Source: Thermoplasmata archaeon (GTDB taxonomy: Archaea > Thermoplasmatota > Thermoplasmata > Lutacidiplasmatales > UBA184). Taken from it: a DNA stretch of 64,000 nt. Numbering within the stretch: the first letter of the stretch is position 1; each line of letters opens with the position of its first letter. The stretch lies in NCBI GenBank assembly GCA_052326485.1, contig JBKQMS010000009.1, positions 8,206 through 72,205 on the forward strand, read 5' to 3'. Both the position numbers and the translations under genes were made by a program. Shown here in pieces: positions 35,450-44,701 of the stretch. Below the pieces are notes generated by a model. It ran no database searches. It saw only the letters and a program-made list of their open reading frames with translations, and was not told where the DNA came from.

Positions 35450-35459
35450 TAGTATAGAA
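35450..35459 (-). promoter_or_regulatory. TATA box of the giant surface-protein gene (leaderless-type spacing)
   Basis: Minus strand reads CCTTTCTATACTA, with 23 nt between TATACT and ATG35427. Confidence 0.55.
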
Positions 35460-35651
35460 AGGTTCCGAAAGCGAAAGACCCCGTTACTTGACTCCCTTGT
35501 AAACCAAAAAAGACCTTTCGCTACGCCTCAAACTCGGGGATACTCACCAGTCCTCCATCGAGATAGACGGGTACCGATGTAGGGGATACCTCAGCCGGTC
35601 GACGAGACCTGCGGACTCGTCCTTTTCTCCTTTCGTAGCTGTCCGGTCACC

Positions 35652-36029
35652 ATGCCGCGACCGGTGGGAGCCGGAGTCCTGACGATTCTCGGAGGATTCT
35701 TCATCTTGGCCGGAGGTCTCATTTTCGCACTGGTCGGCGCCATCTTCGCCGCGTTCGGGTTCTCGAGCGATATCTTCCTCCTCGGATTGCTCATCGGGTT
35801 CCTCACAATCATCGTTGGGTTCCTGATGATCGCGCTCCCCTCGGCACACGTGGTCTGGGGGATCCTTGCGATCCTCTTCGCCCTCGTGAGCATCGGAGTG
35901 GCCCTGGGCGGCTTCGTCGTCGGCTTCCTGCTGACCCTGATCGGAGGCATCCTGGCCCTCACGTGGAAGCCTCCGGTGGAGCGCTTCATCACGGTCGAGG
36001 CTCGTCGGGTGCCTCCCCCCCCGACCTAG
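35652..36029 (+). CDS. Small four-TM membrane protein
   Basis: Four G/A/L/I-rich hydrophobic segments and high third-position GC. Confidence 0.65.
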   Translation: MPRPVGAGVLTILGGFFILAGGLIFALVGAIFAAFGFSSDIFLLGLLIGFLTIIVGFLMIALPSAHVVWGILAILFALVSIGVALGGFVVGFLLTLIGGILALTWKPPVERFITVEARRVPPPPT

Positions 36030-36102
36030 GAACCGGACCGGAGCACGGGTCGACGAACGACGGGGGCTAGCCCGGGGGGCTCCGCCGAGAGGCAGAGAAG
36101 CC

Positions 36103-36681
36103 GTGAACGGGTCTGTGTTCGAGCTCGCGTTCGGGCTCGTCCTGGGCTTCTCGTTGACGATCCCGCCCGGTCCGATGAACGCCTTCATCGCGTCCCAGTC
36201 GGTGAGATCGTTCCGGGAGGGAGTCACCGCAGGTGTCGGCGCGATGAGCGCAGACCTCATCCTCGGGGTCCTGGTCTACGTGCTGCATTCTGCGGTCGAC
36301 CTCTCGGCCGGGCTGAGGTGGATCTATCTCGTCGGCGCCGGGGTGATGGTCTACCTCGGGATCGGCCTCCTGAGAGGCGCGTCGAGCCGGTCGCCTCCCG
36401 AGACCGAGGGCATCCGGACCTACGCGAAGGCGCTCGCCCTCGGGGTTTCGAACCCGTTCCAAATCGTCTGGTGGCTTACGGCGGGCCTTGCGTTCGCCTA
36501 CCTCGGAGGCTGGGTCCTCTTTGTGGGCCTCTTCGGAGCCATCGCCGTTTGGGTCGTGGCGTTCCCGTGGGCCGTGCACGCCGAAACCGAGCGGCGGCCG
36601 ACCATCGCCCGGGCGGTGCTCGTCGTATCGGGGGTCGTCATCTTCGCGTTCGCGGCGTACTTCCTCTTCCTCGCGCTCTAG
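36103..36681 (+). CDS. LysE/RhtB family amino-acid exporter
   Basis: N-terminal LTIPPGPMN motif and about six TM segments. GTG start. Confidence 0.85.
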   Translation: MNGSVFELAFGLVLGFSLTIPPGPMNAFIASQSVRSFREGVTAGVGAMSADLILGVLVYVLHSAVDLSAGLRWIYLVGAGVMVYLGIGLLRGASSRSPPETEGIRTYAKALALGVSNPFQIVWWLTAGLAFAYLGGWVLFVGLFGAIAVWVVAFPWAVHAETERRPTIARAVLVVSGVVIFAFAAYFLFLAL

Positions 36682-36705
36682 CGCGAGGCGGACACCCGAT
36701 CCTGC

Positions 36706-37275
36706 TCAGCCTCGTTTGAGTCGAGAGGCGAACTGCTTCCGGAACTTCGATACCTTTGGCTCGATGATCGCGCGGCAGTAACCAGCTCCCGGGTTGCGCC
36801 GGAAGTAGTCTCGGTGGTACTCCTCCGCCGGGTAGAACTCGGTGAACGGCACGAGCTCGGTGACGATCTTCCGCTTCCAAATCTGGGCGGCTTCCAGCTC
36901 ACCGATCACCTGCTCGGCGGTCGTGCGCTGGGCGGGGGAGTGGTAGAAGATCGTTGAGCGGTACTGGGTGCCCGCGTCGTTCCCCTGGCGGTTCAGGCTC
37001 GTGGGGTCGTGGGTGGTCATGAAGACCGTGAGGAGGTCGTGGTAGCTCACGACCCCCGGGTCGAACGTCACTTGGACGACCTCGGCGTGACCCGTCCGCC
37101 CCGTGCATACCTGCTCGTAGGTCGGTCGAGGAACGGTCCCGCCCGCGTACCCGCTCATGACGCTTGCAACGCCAGCGAGCTCCGAGAGGATCGCCTCGGT
37201 GCACCAGAAACAGCCCCCTCCCAGCGTAGCGGTCTCAACGGGTCGTGGGTTTGATCGAGCGGCTTCGGACATCAT
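36706..37275 (-). CDS. msrA: Peptide-methionine (S)-S-oxide reductase
   Basis: GGGCFWC active site, then GYAGG and TGHAEVVQVTFDP. ATG37275 chosen. Confidence 0.9.
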   Translation of the reverse strand: MMSEAARSNPRPVETATLGGGCFWCTEAILSELAGVASVMSGYAGGTVPRPTYEQVCTGRTGHAEVVQVTFDPGVVSYHDLLTVFMTTHDPTSLNRQGNDAGTQYRSTIFYHSPAQRTTAEQVIGELEAAQIWKRKIVTELVPFTEFYPAEEYHRDYFRRNPGAGYCRAIIEPKVSKFRKQFASRLKRG

Positions 37276-37349
37276 CCTCCCGTCTCTGCTTGGCCCTCTA
37301 CGCGAGGGACTCGGGTCAACGCAGGGAGGGGACAAGCCCCTTCCCGATT

Positions 37350-38090
37350 TCAGCTCGCCGATGGCGCCGCGGCGCCCTCAGCTCGGTCCCGGTCGGTCCC
37401 GCGGAAGACGAAGAAGGGAGCGAGGACCGAGAGGAAGGGGACCAGCACGAGGAGGTACTCGACCCCATGGAACGACACGATGAGCGAGACGAACGGTCCC
37501 ACCAGGGCGAGCAGGAGGACGGCATACAGGGCCGCGCCGAGAGCGATCTCGCGGGTCTTGAACCGAGACGAGCCGGCCGACAGCCCGAGCACGATCCCGA
37601 CGCCGCCGAGCCACCCCATCCAGAACCCGACGAGACCCGTGTAGGCCCCGAGAGGCTCGCCCGAGCGTAGACAGGTGAGCGCGTGGGTCGGTTGCCCGTT
37701 GACGCACGAGAGCAGGGAGCTCGAGGAGCCGACGATCACGATGGCCGCGACCACGACGAGAAGGAACCCCAGGGTCCCGATCCAGCAAAGGATCGATGCA
37801 ACGGCGAACCGGGAATCGACCTTGCGAAGGAGCGCGAATCCGCGTCGGTAGAAGAACAGAGAGACCAGGAAGAGCAGAGCACCGGCCAGGATGAGGAGGC
37901 CCGTCGCGTCGAGGAACGCGGACTGCTGCAGCGATAGGAATCCGCCCGGGTCGTACGATGCGACGAGGAGGAACGCCACCGGGATAACGATGGCGAGCAG
38001 CGCAGCCGCGAGACCGACGCCCGCGCCCGTGGCGATACGAAACAACCCGGTCCGGTCCTGCTCGGTCCAGGGAATCGATGTGGTTGCCAT
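37350..38090 (-). CDS. Polytopic membrane protein of unknown function
   Basis: Six to seven hydrophobic segments in a clean ORF. Possibly a DUF973-like archaeal family, from uncertain recollection. Confidence 0.7.
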   Translation of the reverse strand: MATTSIPWTEQDRTGLFRIATGAGVGLAAALLAIVIPVAFLLVASYDPGGFLSLQQSAFLDATGLLILAGALLFLVSLFFYRRGFALLRKVDSRFAVASILCWIGTLGFLLVVVAAIVIVGSSSSLLSCVNGQPTHALTCLRSGEPLGAYTGLVGFWMGWLGGVGIVLGLSAGSSRFKTREIALGAALYAVLLLALVGPFVSLIVSFHGVEYLLVLVPFLSVLAPFFVFRGTDRDRAEGAAAPSAS

Positions 38091-38326
38091 GCTTCCTACC
38101 TTCGGCGACTTCGCCTCCCACTACGTTCTGACCTATCTACCCTTGGAGGGGCTGGTTTTCACGGCGCGTGCACGTGTGGCGTCGGGGACGCGGCAACGTC
38201 CTGAGTGCAACCGATGGCCGCGGCCGTCGGTCGCCGCGGCCGGGAAGGGAGGGACGCCATGGCGATGCCGGCCCGGACCCGACCGCGTCCCTACCTTACC
38301 CGGGGCGACCCCCGGAGAAAGGGGGA

Positions 38327-38779
38327 TCACTTCCGAACGACGAACTGGACCTCGGTCCTCGACCAGGCCCGCTTGTCCTTCCAGGGGTTACCATCGTAGA
38401 CCTCTCGGTACGACACGACCGAGCGGATCTCCTTCTCTTTCCGCTGCCAGCGCAGCCAGTCGGAGAGCCCGTGATACACGACCCGGGGCGAAACGACGTT
38501 CGGGTCGAAGCGCACGCTTGCGACGCTGCCGGCGGGGAGCGTCCGAATCTTCACGCGGCCTTCTGAGCGCGCCTTCCCTCGAACCTCGATGGCGGTATCC
38601 CAAACGCGGGTTCCCGGCTCGCGGAAGATCCAACGGCCGATACCCAGGCCGCGGGCGCGCGCCCACTTCTCGACCTCTTCGAACCGTTGCTGGATCCGGC
38701 GCTCGCTGTACGGCCCAGTCCATCGGATCGCGGCGACGCGAATGCTCGGCGTCTTCTTCATCCCAAAATCGATCGTCAT
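38327..38779 (-). CDS. GyrI-like small-molecule-binding domain protein
   Basis: Its size and pattern (VAAIRWTGPY, EVEKWARARGL, REVY) are typical of the GyrI-like / AraC effector-binding fold. Confidence 0.7.
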   Translation of the reverse strand: MTIDFGMKKTPSIRVAAIRWTGPYSERRIQQRFEEVEKWARARGLGIGRWIFREPGTRVWDTAIEVRGKARSEGRVKIRTLPAGSVASVRFDPNVVSPRVVYHGLSDWLRWQRKEKEIRSVVSYREVYDGNPWKDKRAWSRTEVQFVVRK

Positions 38780-38926
38780 CGGTTGGCTCTCCGAGCTCCC
38801 CAGAGACCTCCTACATCATAACGCCGCGGGGAGCCCGGACCCGTCCTTCCTCGAGGTTCATCGTTTCCCCCCAACCGTCGGCGCCCCGCGGGTTAATGAG
38901 CGGTGGTCCGCATCTCGGTGGGGCCG

Positions 38927-39748
38927 ATGGCCTCCCTTCCTTCCGAGGCAACTCCCCCGAGGCCGATCCCGGCCGACCCTTCGAAATCCCTCGAGGTCTT
39001 CCGGGTTTCGAAAGCGTTCGGGTTCGTCGACGCGCTCTATTCCGTGAGCTTCTCGGTAGAGGCTGGACAGATCGTCGGACTGCTCGGGCCGAACGGCGCG
39101 GGCAAGTCGACGACGATGAAGGCGGTCCTCGGGCTCGTGCGCCCCGATGCCGGAGAGATCCGCCTCTTCGGAAAGAACGTCCGTGAGAACCCCGTCGAGA
39201 CCAAGCGCCAGATCGGGTACGTCCCCGAGTCCCCCGCCCTCTACGAGTTCCTCACAGGGGCCGAGTACCTCGATTTCGTGGCGGACATGTACGGCCTCGA
39301 CCCATCGACCCGACGGGACCGACTACAGCAGTTCCTGACGGGGTTCGAACTCGCCGGCCACGAGAACTCGCTCATCAGCGGCTATTCCCAGGGGATGAAG
39401 CAGAAGGTCGCGCTCATCGCGGCGCTCGCGCATCGACCGCGGCTGCTGCTCCTGGACGAACCGCTCAACGGCCTGGACCCGAGGTCCGCCCGAGTGACCA
39501 AGGACCTCTTGCGGAACCTGGCCGCCAACGAGGGCGTCGCGATCCTCTTCAGCACCCACGTCCTCGAGATCGCCCAAGCGATCTGCGACCGCGTCGTGAT
39601 CCTCCACCGCGGACGCGTCCTCGCTTCGGACACGGTCGCGGCGCTTCGGGACCGCACCGGGCTCGCGGGGCGGAACCTCGAGGAGGTCTTCCTCTCGCTC
39701 ACCGGCACGGGCGACCTTCGCGACGTGGTCGACGCGCTGAGCCGCTAG
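38927..39748 (+). CDS. ABC transporter ATP-binding protein (ABC-2 type)
   Basis: Walker A GPNGAGKST, signature YSQGMKQK and Walker B LLLDEP. Confidence 0.9.
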   Translation: MASLPSEATPPRPIPADPSKSLEVFRVSKAFGFVDALYSVSFSVEAGQIVGLLGPNGAGKSTTMKAVLGLVRPDAGEIRLFGKNVRENPVETKRQIGYVPESPALYEFLTGAEYLDFVADMYGLDPSTRRDRLQQFLTGFELAGHENSLISGYSQGMKQKVALIAALAHRPRLLLLDEPLNGLDPRSARVTKDLLRNLAANEGVAILFSTHVLEIAQAICDRVVILHRGRVLASDTVAALRDRTGLAGRNLEEVFLSLTGTGDLRDVVDALSR

Positions 39749-39755
39749 GAGGACG

Positions 39756-41354
39756 ATGGACCTCCACCGCGTCCGACGCCTCGCAGTGACCCTGGTCGCC
39801 TCGCAGCTCCGCTCGGGGCGGAGCTCGTCCGACCCGAGGAGCTTCCTCGGGCAACCCCAGCTTATCGCGGCCGTGGACGTCGTCCTGTTCCTCGCGGCCT
39901 TCGGGCTCACGCTCGGGGCCGTGGGCGCGAGCTCGCTCGGGAGCCATCAGGTCGCGGCGCTCGCGAACGCGCTCCTCCCGTTCCTCCCCCTAGTGGCCGT
40001 GGGGGTCGTCCTGGTGGCCGGCGTCATGTTCGAGCTGACGACCACGTCGAAGTTCGCGGGGAGCGATGCCGCGAACTGGTTGCCGCTCACACCGACGGAG
40101 TACGTCGCCGCGTCGGCCGCGGCGATCGCGTACACCTACTCCCCGGCGGTCTTTCTCGTCCTCGGCGTTCTGCTACCGTTCGCTCTCTTCGGAGGGACCG
40201 TCGCGGCCTATCTCCTCGCGGCCATCCTGAGCGTCGTCGCGCTCTTCGAGGGGGCGGTCCTCATCGAGATGATCCGCTCCGCCACCCAACGGGCGAGCTC
40301 GGTCGGTGCCGGTCGTCGGGGCCAGGTGAGCCTCGTCCTCCGGGCCCTGGTACTCGTGGTCGTCATCCTCGCGCTCCAGCTCGCGTTCAATCCGGTGTTC
40401 CTCCTGGGGCTCGCGCAGCGGCTCTCGGCGGTCGGATTGGTCACTGCGGCCATTCCGTTCTTCTGGTCGACCGAGGCGCTGACGCAGTGGGTCGGTAGTA
40501 ACCTCGTCCTCGGCGCCGCGTTCGCCGCCGGGCAGGTCGCCTTCGTGGCCCTCTTGGTCTACCTCGCGGGCGAGCTCCGCGTCCGCTACTGGGTCCCCTC
40601 GTCGGCCGAGGTTCGCTTGGAGGAGCACCGGTACGCTGCCCGGAACCCGTTCCTCGCCTTGCTCGGTCTCAGCGCCGCGGAGTCCGCGCTGGTCGCGAAG
40701 GACTTGAAAGGCCTCGTCCGCCGTCGCGAGATGCTTCCCACACTGGTCGTTCCGATCGTCCTCGTCGTTCTGGTCCTGGTGGAGGGGACCGCCTTCGGGG
40801 GGTTCGTCTCGGTGCTGTGGATCGGGTGGGTCGCTGGCTTCTTCGCGCTGCTCATTTCCGGCACGTCGGTCGGGCAGGAACGACGGGCCCTCCAATCGCT
40901 GTTCGCTTCTCCGATCTCGGCGGGAAGCCTCGTGCGCGCGAAGGCCGCGTTCGTGCTGCTGCCGTCGGTCGTCGTGGCCCTCACGCTCGGGCTCGTGGTC
41001 GGCTTCTACTTCGGGCTCCCGGTGGGGGACGTCCTCGGCGTGCTCCTGCTCGTCGTCACCGCGTCGGTGGTACTCACGTTCTGGGGGCTCATGTTCGCTT
41101 CCCGGTTCTCCGACTTCCAGGAACGACCTCGGCCCCAGTTCCTGCGCCCGGGAGGGATGCTCGCCGCCACCGGCTCAGGGATGGTGCTCCTCTTTGCGAT
41201 CTTGGTCCCCGGAACTTTCGCCCTGCTCTCGCCCTCCATGGCATCGGTCCCGCTCGCGCTCGCGTGTGCCGCGCTGGCGGTCGGGGTCGGGGGTCTCGCG
41301 GTCCTGTGGACCTACTCGGGCTTCCGCCGGCTCCTTTCCGAGCTTCCGTTCTGA
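39756..41354 (+). CDS. Large polytopic membrane protein, putative ABC-2 permease partner
   Basis: ATG preceded by AGGAGG, 8 nt after the ATPase stop. More than 10 hydrophobic segments. Confidence 0.8.
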   Translation: MDLHRVRRLAVTLVASQLRSGRSSSDPRSFLGQPQLIAAVDVVLFLAAFGLTLGAVGASSLGSHQVAALANALLPFLPLVAVGVVLVAGVMFELTTTSKFAGSDAANWLPLTPTEYVAASAAAIAYTYSPAVFLVLGVLLPFALFGGTVAAYLLAAILSVVALFEGAVLIEMIRSATQRASSVGAGRRGQVSLVLRALVLVVVILALQLAFNPVFLLGLAQRLSAVGLVTAAIPFFWSTEALTQWVGSNLVLGAAFAAGQVAFVALLVYLAGELRVRYWVPSSAEVRLEEHRYAARNPFLALLGLSAAESALVAKDLKGLVRRREMLPTLVVPIVLVVLVLVEGTAFGGFVSVLWIGWVAGFFALLISGTSVGQERRALQSLFASPISAGSLVRAKAAFVLLPSVVVALTLGLVVGFYFGLPVGDVLGVLLLVVTASVVLTFWGLMFASRFSDFQERPRPQFLRPGGMLAATGSGMVLLFAILVPGTFALLSPSMASVPLALACAALAVGVGGLAVLWTYSGFRRLLSELPF

Positions 41355-41369
41355 CGGACCCCGCGGCCT

Positions 41370-41849
41370 CTACAGCGGCGCGCCGCATGACGGGCATCTC
41401 CCGTCGACCTCGTTGCCCAACGCGCCGCAGAACCGACACCGTACCTTGACGACCTGTCGCTCGATGGTGTGGAGCGAGCTCCATCCCGGTCCGGTCGGCG
41501 GCGGGAGCGCCCGTTTGGCCTGGGCGATCGTCCCGGTCCACGCCTCCGGTTCGAGGACGTCGAACGAAGGGCGGCCGTGAGGAAGCTCGAGGACGAGCCG
41601 CGGTCGGCCGATGCGTCCCCGGCGGACGGCTACGTTCTTCAGCTCGTGAAGAGAGGCGTCGAGCTGGGTCTCCGTCTCGCCCAGTCCCCTTCGCCCGATT
41701 CCCCTCCGCGTCGCCGGAGCTTCGAAGACGATCCTCAGGGTCGTCACGTAAAGGACTCCGGGGCCCTTCGGGGGGCCGTCGGACCCATCCCCGGGGCTCG
41801 CGACCGCGTAGGCGCTGCGGAGCACGCTCTCCCCGTGACCCAGAAGCAT
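41370..41849 (-). CDS. Hypothetical PH/GRAM-like domain protein with a C-terminal zinc ribbon
   Basis: GVLYVTTLRIVFE is a typical first strand of GRAM/bacterial PH-like domains. The C-terminus has CRFC-x11-CPSC. Confidence 0.55.
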   Translation of the reverse strand: MLLGHGESVLRSAYAVASPGDGSDGPPKGPGVLYVTTLRIVFEAPATRRGIGRRGLGETETQLDASLHELKNVAVRRGRIGRPRLVLELPHGRPSFDVLEPEAWTGTIAQAKRALPPPTGPGWSSLHTIERQVVKVRCRFCGALGNEVDGRCPSCGAPL

Positions 41850-41873
41850 CGCCGGTGAGAGAAGGTCGGGAAT

Positions 41874-42635
41874 CTAATACCCTCGCCGCCCGACCGTCCG
41901 CTGCCCGCGGGCCTGGCGGAGCTCGTCCCGGAAGCGCTTCGGGGCCCGTTCGGTCGCAACGGTGATCGTCACGGGAGCTAGGCGGCGCGCCTCCCGCCGG
42001 AGGAATCGCTCGGTTCGGGCGCGGTCCTTCTTCCAGCACTCCCGGAGCCAGGTTCCCACCGCTCGCTGGACCCACCGCTCGGGGTCGTCCAAGAGGCGCA
42101 CGAGGAGCGCGAACGGTCGCTCGAGCTCGCCGGCTCGGACCCACGCTCGGAGGGCGTACGTCGAGGCCCGCCGGCGCCAGAGGTTCTTCGAGCTGGTCCA
42201 ATCGAGGAGCTCCCCGAACCGCTCGGGACGGGCCGCGGCCCAGCTCGCGAGAGGACCCGACGCGAGGCTGTCCGAGAGGGCCCAGCCGGTCGCGGCGTCC
42301 ACCCATCGTGCCCCGAGGCGCCAGCCGAGAGGGTCGTCGGCGAGCGGCGGGCGGCCGAGCAGCTCGATCGCCGCCATCTTCTCCTCAAAGAACGAGCCCT
42401 CCCACAGGGACCGGACCAGCTCGCGTTGCTCGGCGCGCGACCTCGTGCCGAGGCGGGACACGGTAGCCCGGACGACCCTTCGCAGGTCAGGCGCGCTCAC
42501 CCCCAGCACCGGGACCGGGGACCCGAGATACGAACGGGGCGACTCGATTCCGGAGGGTCCCCTTTCGGCCCGCAGCTCCCGGAGGATCCGACCGCGTTCC
42601 GTCTCAGCCCACGGGGCCCGACGCTCCGCTACCAT
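41874..42635 (-). CDS. DNA alkylation repair protein (AlkD-like HEAT repeat family)
   Basis: Pattern WALSDSL, SKNLWRRRAS, DPERWVQRAVGTWLRE. ATG42635 overlaps the upstream stop (ATGGTAG). Confidence 0.85.
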   Translation of the reverse strand: MVAERRAPWAETERGRILRELRAERGPSGIESPRSYLGSPVPVLGVSAPDLRRVVRATVSRLGTRSRAEQRELVRSLWEGSFFEEKMAAIELLGRPPLADDPLGWRLGARWVDAATGWALSDSLASGPLASWAAARPERFGELLDWTSSKNLWRRRASTYALRAWVRAGELERPFALLVRLLDDPERWVQRAVGTWLRECWKKDRARTERFLRREARRLAPVTITVATERAPKRFRDELRQARGQRTVGRRGY

Positions 42636-44356
42636 CCGATCGGGCTCGTGCGGTTCTGTTCGTCGAGCCATTGCTGGAGCGGCGCGAAGTACTCGAGAAG
42701 CCCTCTCGCGTCCATCCGACGCTCTCCCGTGAGCGCTTCGAGCGCGTCGGGCCACTCACGGCTCGCTCCCATCTCGAGGGTCGAGGCGAGCCGACGACCG
42801 GCCTCTCGGGAGCCGAAGATCGACGTCCGGTGGAGCGGCCCGGAGGCGGCGACCTCGCGGGCGAGGGCGCGGTGGAACTGGAACTGGAGGATGTGAGCGA
42901 GGAAGTAACGCATGTACGGCACGTTCGCCGGCACGTGGAACTTGGCCCCGGGGTCGAACTCGTCGTCGCCGCGCGCTCTCGGCGGAGTGACACCCTGGAA
43001 GCGCCGACGCATCTCCCACCACGACGCGTTGTATTCCGACGGTGGGGTCGCGCCCGAGAAGACGTTCCACCGCCACTTGTCGACGACGAGGCCGAACGGA
43101 AGGAAGGCCACCTTTTCGAGAGCTCTGCTCAGGAGCAGACCGATGTCCCCGCTCGGGTCGGTCGGCCGGTCGAGGAGACCGATCTGGACCAGGTACTCTG
43201 GCGTGACCGAGAGGGCGATCGTGTCCCCGATCGCCTCGTGGAACCCGTCGTGGGCGCTATCCCGGAAGAGGAACGGCTGTCGGGCGTAGGCCCGCTGGTA
43301 GTAGTTGTGGCCCAGCTCGTGATGGACCGTCATGAAATCCTCGCCGGTGACCTCGATGCACATCTTGAGCCGCAGGTCGTCGACGCAATCGACGTCCCAC
43401 GCGCTCGCGTGGCAGACGACCTCGCGGTCGCGCGGTCGGACGAACAGGGAGCGCTCCCAGAAGCTCGCCGGGAGCGGGTCGAACCCGAGGGAGATGAAGA
43501 ATCGCTCCGCGGTCCGCACGAGGTCGGTCTCCGAGAGACCGCGTCGGACGAGGAGCGAGGTGAGGTCGAACTCCGGCGTGGTCGATGGGGGAGCGAGGAG
43601 AGGAAGTGTCCCCTCCCAGGACTGCGCCCACATGTTCCCGAGCAGGTGCGCGGGGATAGGTCCCTGCGCGGGGACCCGGTCCTCCCCATAATGCTCGAGC
43701 AGGCGGCGTCGGACGTAGGCGTGGAGGGCCCGATAGAGCGGCTCGACCTCCGACCAAAGCCGGTCGACCTCCCGCGTGAACGCGGTCGGGTCCATGTCGT
43801 ACTTCGAGCGCCACATCGCTCCCGTGTCCGCGAACCCCAGTTCGGCCGCCCCGCGGTTGGCGAGCTCGACGTACCGGACGAAATCCGGGCGGATGCTCCG
43901 GCCGAGGCCGTGCCACCCGGTCCAGACCTCCTCCAGCAGAACGGGGTCCCGGCTCTCGCTCAAGATTCTCGAGAGACCCTGAAGGTCGAGCGGCTCCCGC
44001 GCGGAGCTCGGGGCGTACCGGCCGGTCGAGTAGGTCCCTCGCATCGCCGTTACCCGGCGGGACAGTTCCTCGGACTCGGTGGGGCCTGACGGAGCGACCA
44101 GCGGGAGCATCAGCCGCAACAGCTTGGCCTTCCTGGCATCGGGCTCCGAGAGGTCCCTCGTCGAGAATCCCGTCGACTCCTTGGCGAGCTCGGCGGTCGC
44201 GCCGATCAGGCGGGAGTACGCCCGAGCGGCGAGGAGCTCGCTATCGGGCGTGATGTACGTGTCGTAGACCCAGTCGGCCTTCTGGGACTCCACGGTGAGG
44301 TCGAGGATCCTCGATTCCGCTTTCCGCAGGAACTCCCCCATCTCCGACACCGCCAC
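42629..44356 (-). CDS. M2 family peptidyl-dipeptidase A (angiotensin-converting-enzyme-like)
   Basis: HHELGHNYYQ plus downstream FHEAIGDTIALSV, the ACE-type zinc site as I recall it. Also WWEMRRRFQGVTPP. GTG44356 or ATG44341 start. Confidence 0.9.
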   Translation of the reverse strand: MAVSEMGEFLRKAESRILDLTVESQKADWVYDTYITPDSELLAARAYSRLIGATAELAKESTGFSTRDLSEPDARKAKLLRLMLPLVAPSGPTESEELSRRVTAMRGTYSTGRYAPSSAREPLDLQGLSRILSESRDPVLLEEVWTGWHGLGRSIRPDFVRYVELANRGAAELGFADTGAMWRSKYDMDPTAFTREVDRLWSEVEPLYRALHAYVRRRLLEHYGEDRVPAQGPIPAHLLGNMWAQSWEGTLPLLAPPSTTPEFDLTSLLVRRGLSETDLVRTAERFFISLGFDPLPASFWERSLFVRPRDREVVCHASAWDVDCVDDLRLKMCIEVTGEDFMTVHHELGHNYYQRAYARQPFLFRDSAHDGFHEAIGDTIALSVTPEYLVQIGLLDRPTDPSGDIGLLLSRALEKVAFLPFGLVVDKWRWNVFSGATPPSEYNASWWEMRRRFQGVTPPRARGDDEFDPGAKFHVPANVPYMRYFLAHILQFQFHRALAREVAASGPLHRTSIFGSREAGRRLASTLEMGASREWPDALEALTGERRMDARGLLEYFAPLQQWLDEQNRTSPIGW

Positions 44357-44548
44357 CGTCCCCTCCCCTGCGACCGTGAGCTCAACGGTCCCCCCTTTAA
44401 GAAGGGAGACCGAAAGCCGCGCTGCGACCGCAATCGGTCCGCCCGATGTCCGCCAAGGCTTTACCTCAGGGGTAGGGTATCCACCCCTCCATTTCCAGTC
44501 GAACTTTCAGCTTTATGTACGACGTGCGTCTGACACCTTTCAGCGGAC

Positions 44549-44701
44549 GTGTCCGACAACCCCGACGGCCGGGCGATTCTTGCGGCGTTGCCCGCGCATT
44601 TCGGGCCGCCTATCGAGGATCTGGACGTCCCCCTTGCGGTCCTCCCGTGCCTTCGGCTCGAAGCCCGTCTCGCATCGCGCGAGGGGATCTGGGTCGCATG
44701 A
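44549..44701 (+). CDS. Candidate 50-aa ORF (not in the ORF track)
   Basis: GTG start. Reads VSDNPDGRAILAALPAHFGPPIEDLDVPLAVLPCLRLEARLASREGIWVA. Its TGA overlaps ATG44698 (ATGA). Fairly high third-position GC. Confidence 0.2.
   Translation: MSDNPDGRAILAALPAHFGPPIEDLDVPLAVLPCLRLEARLASREGIWVA

Noticed and set aside
35471-35525. Inverted repeat AGCGAAAG ... CTTTCGCT in the AT-richer gap upstream of the giant gene.
   Set aside because: The stem is only 8 bp with a loop of more than 30 nt, and the function is unclear. It is noted but is too weak to call as a regulatory element.
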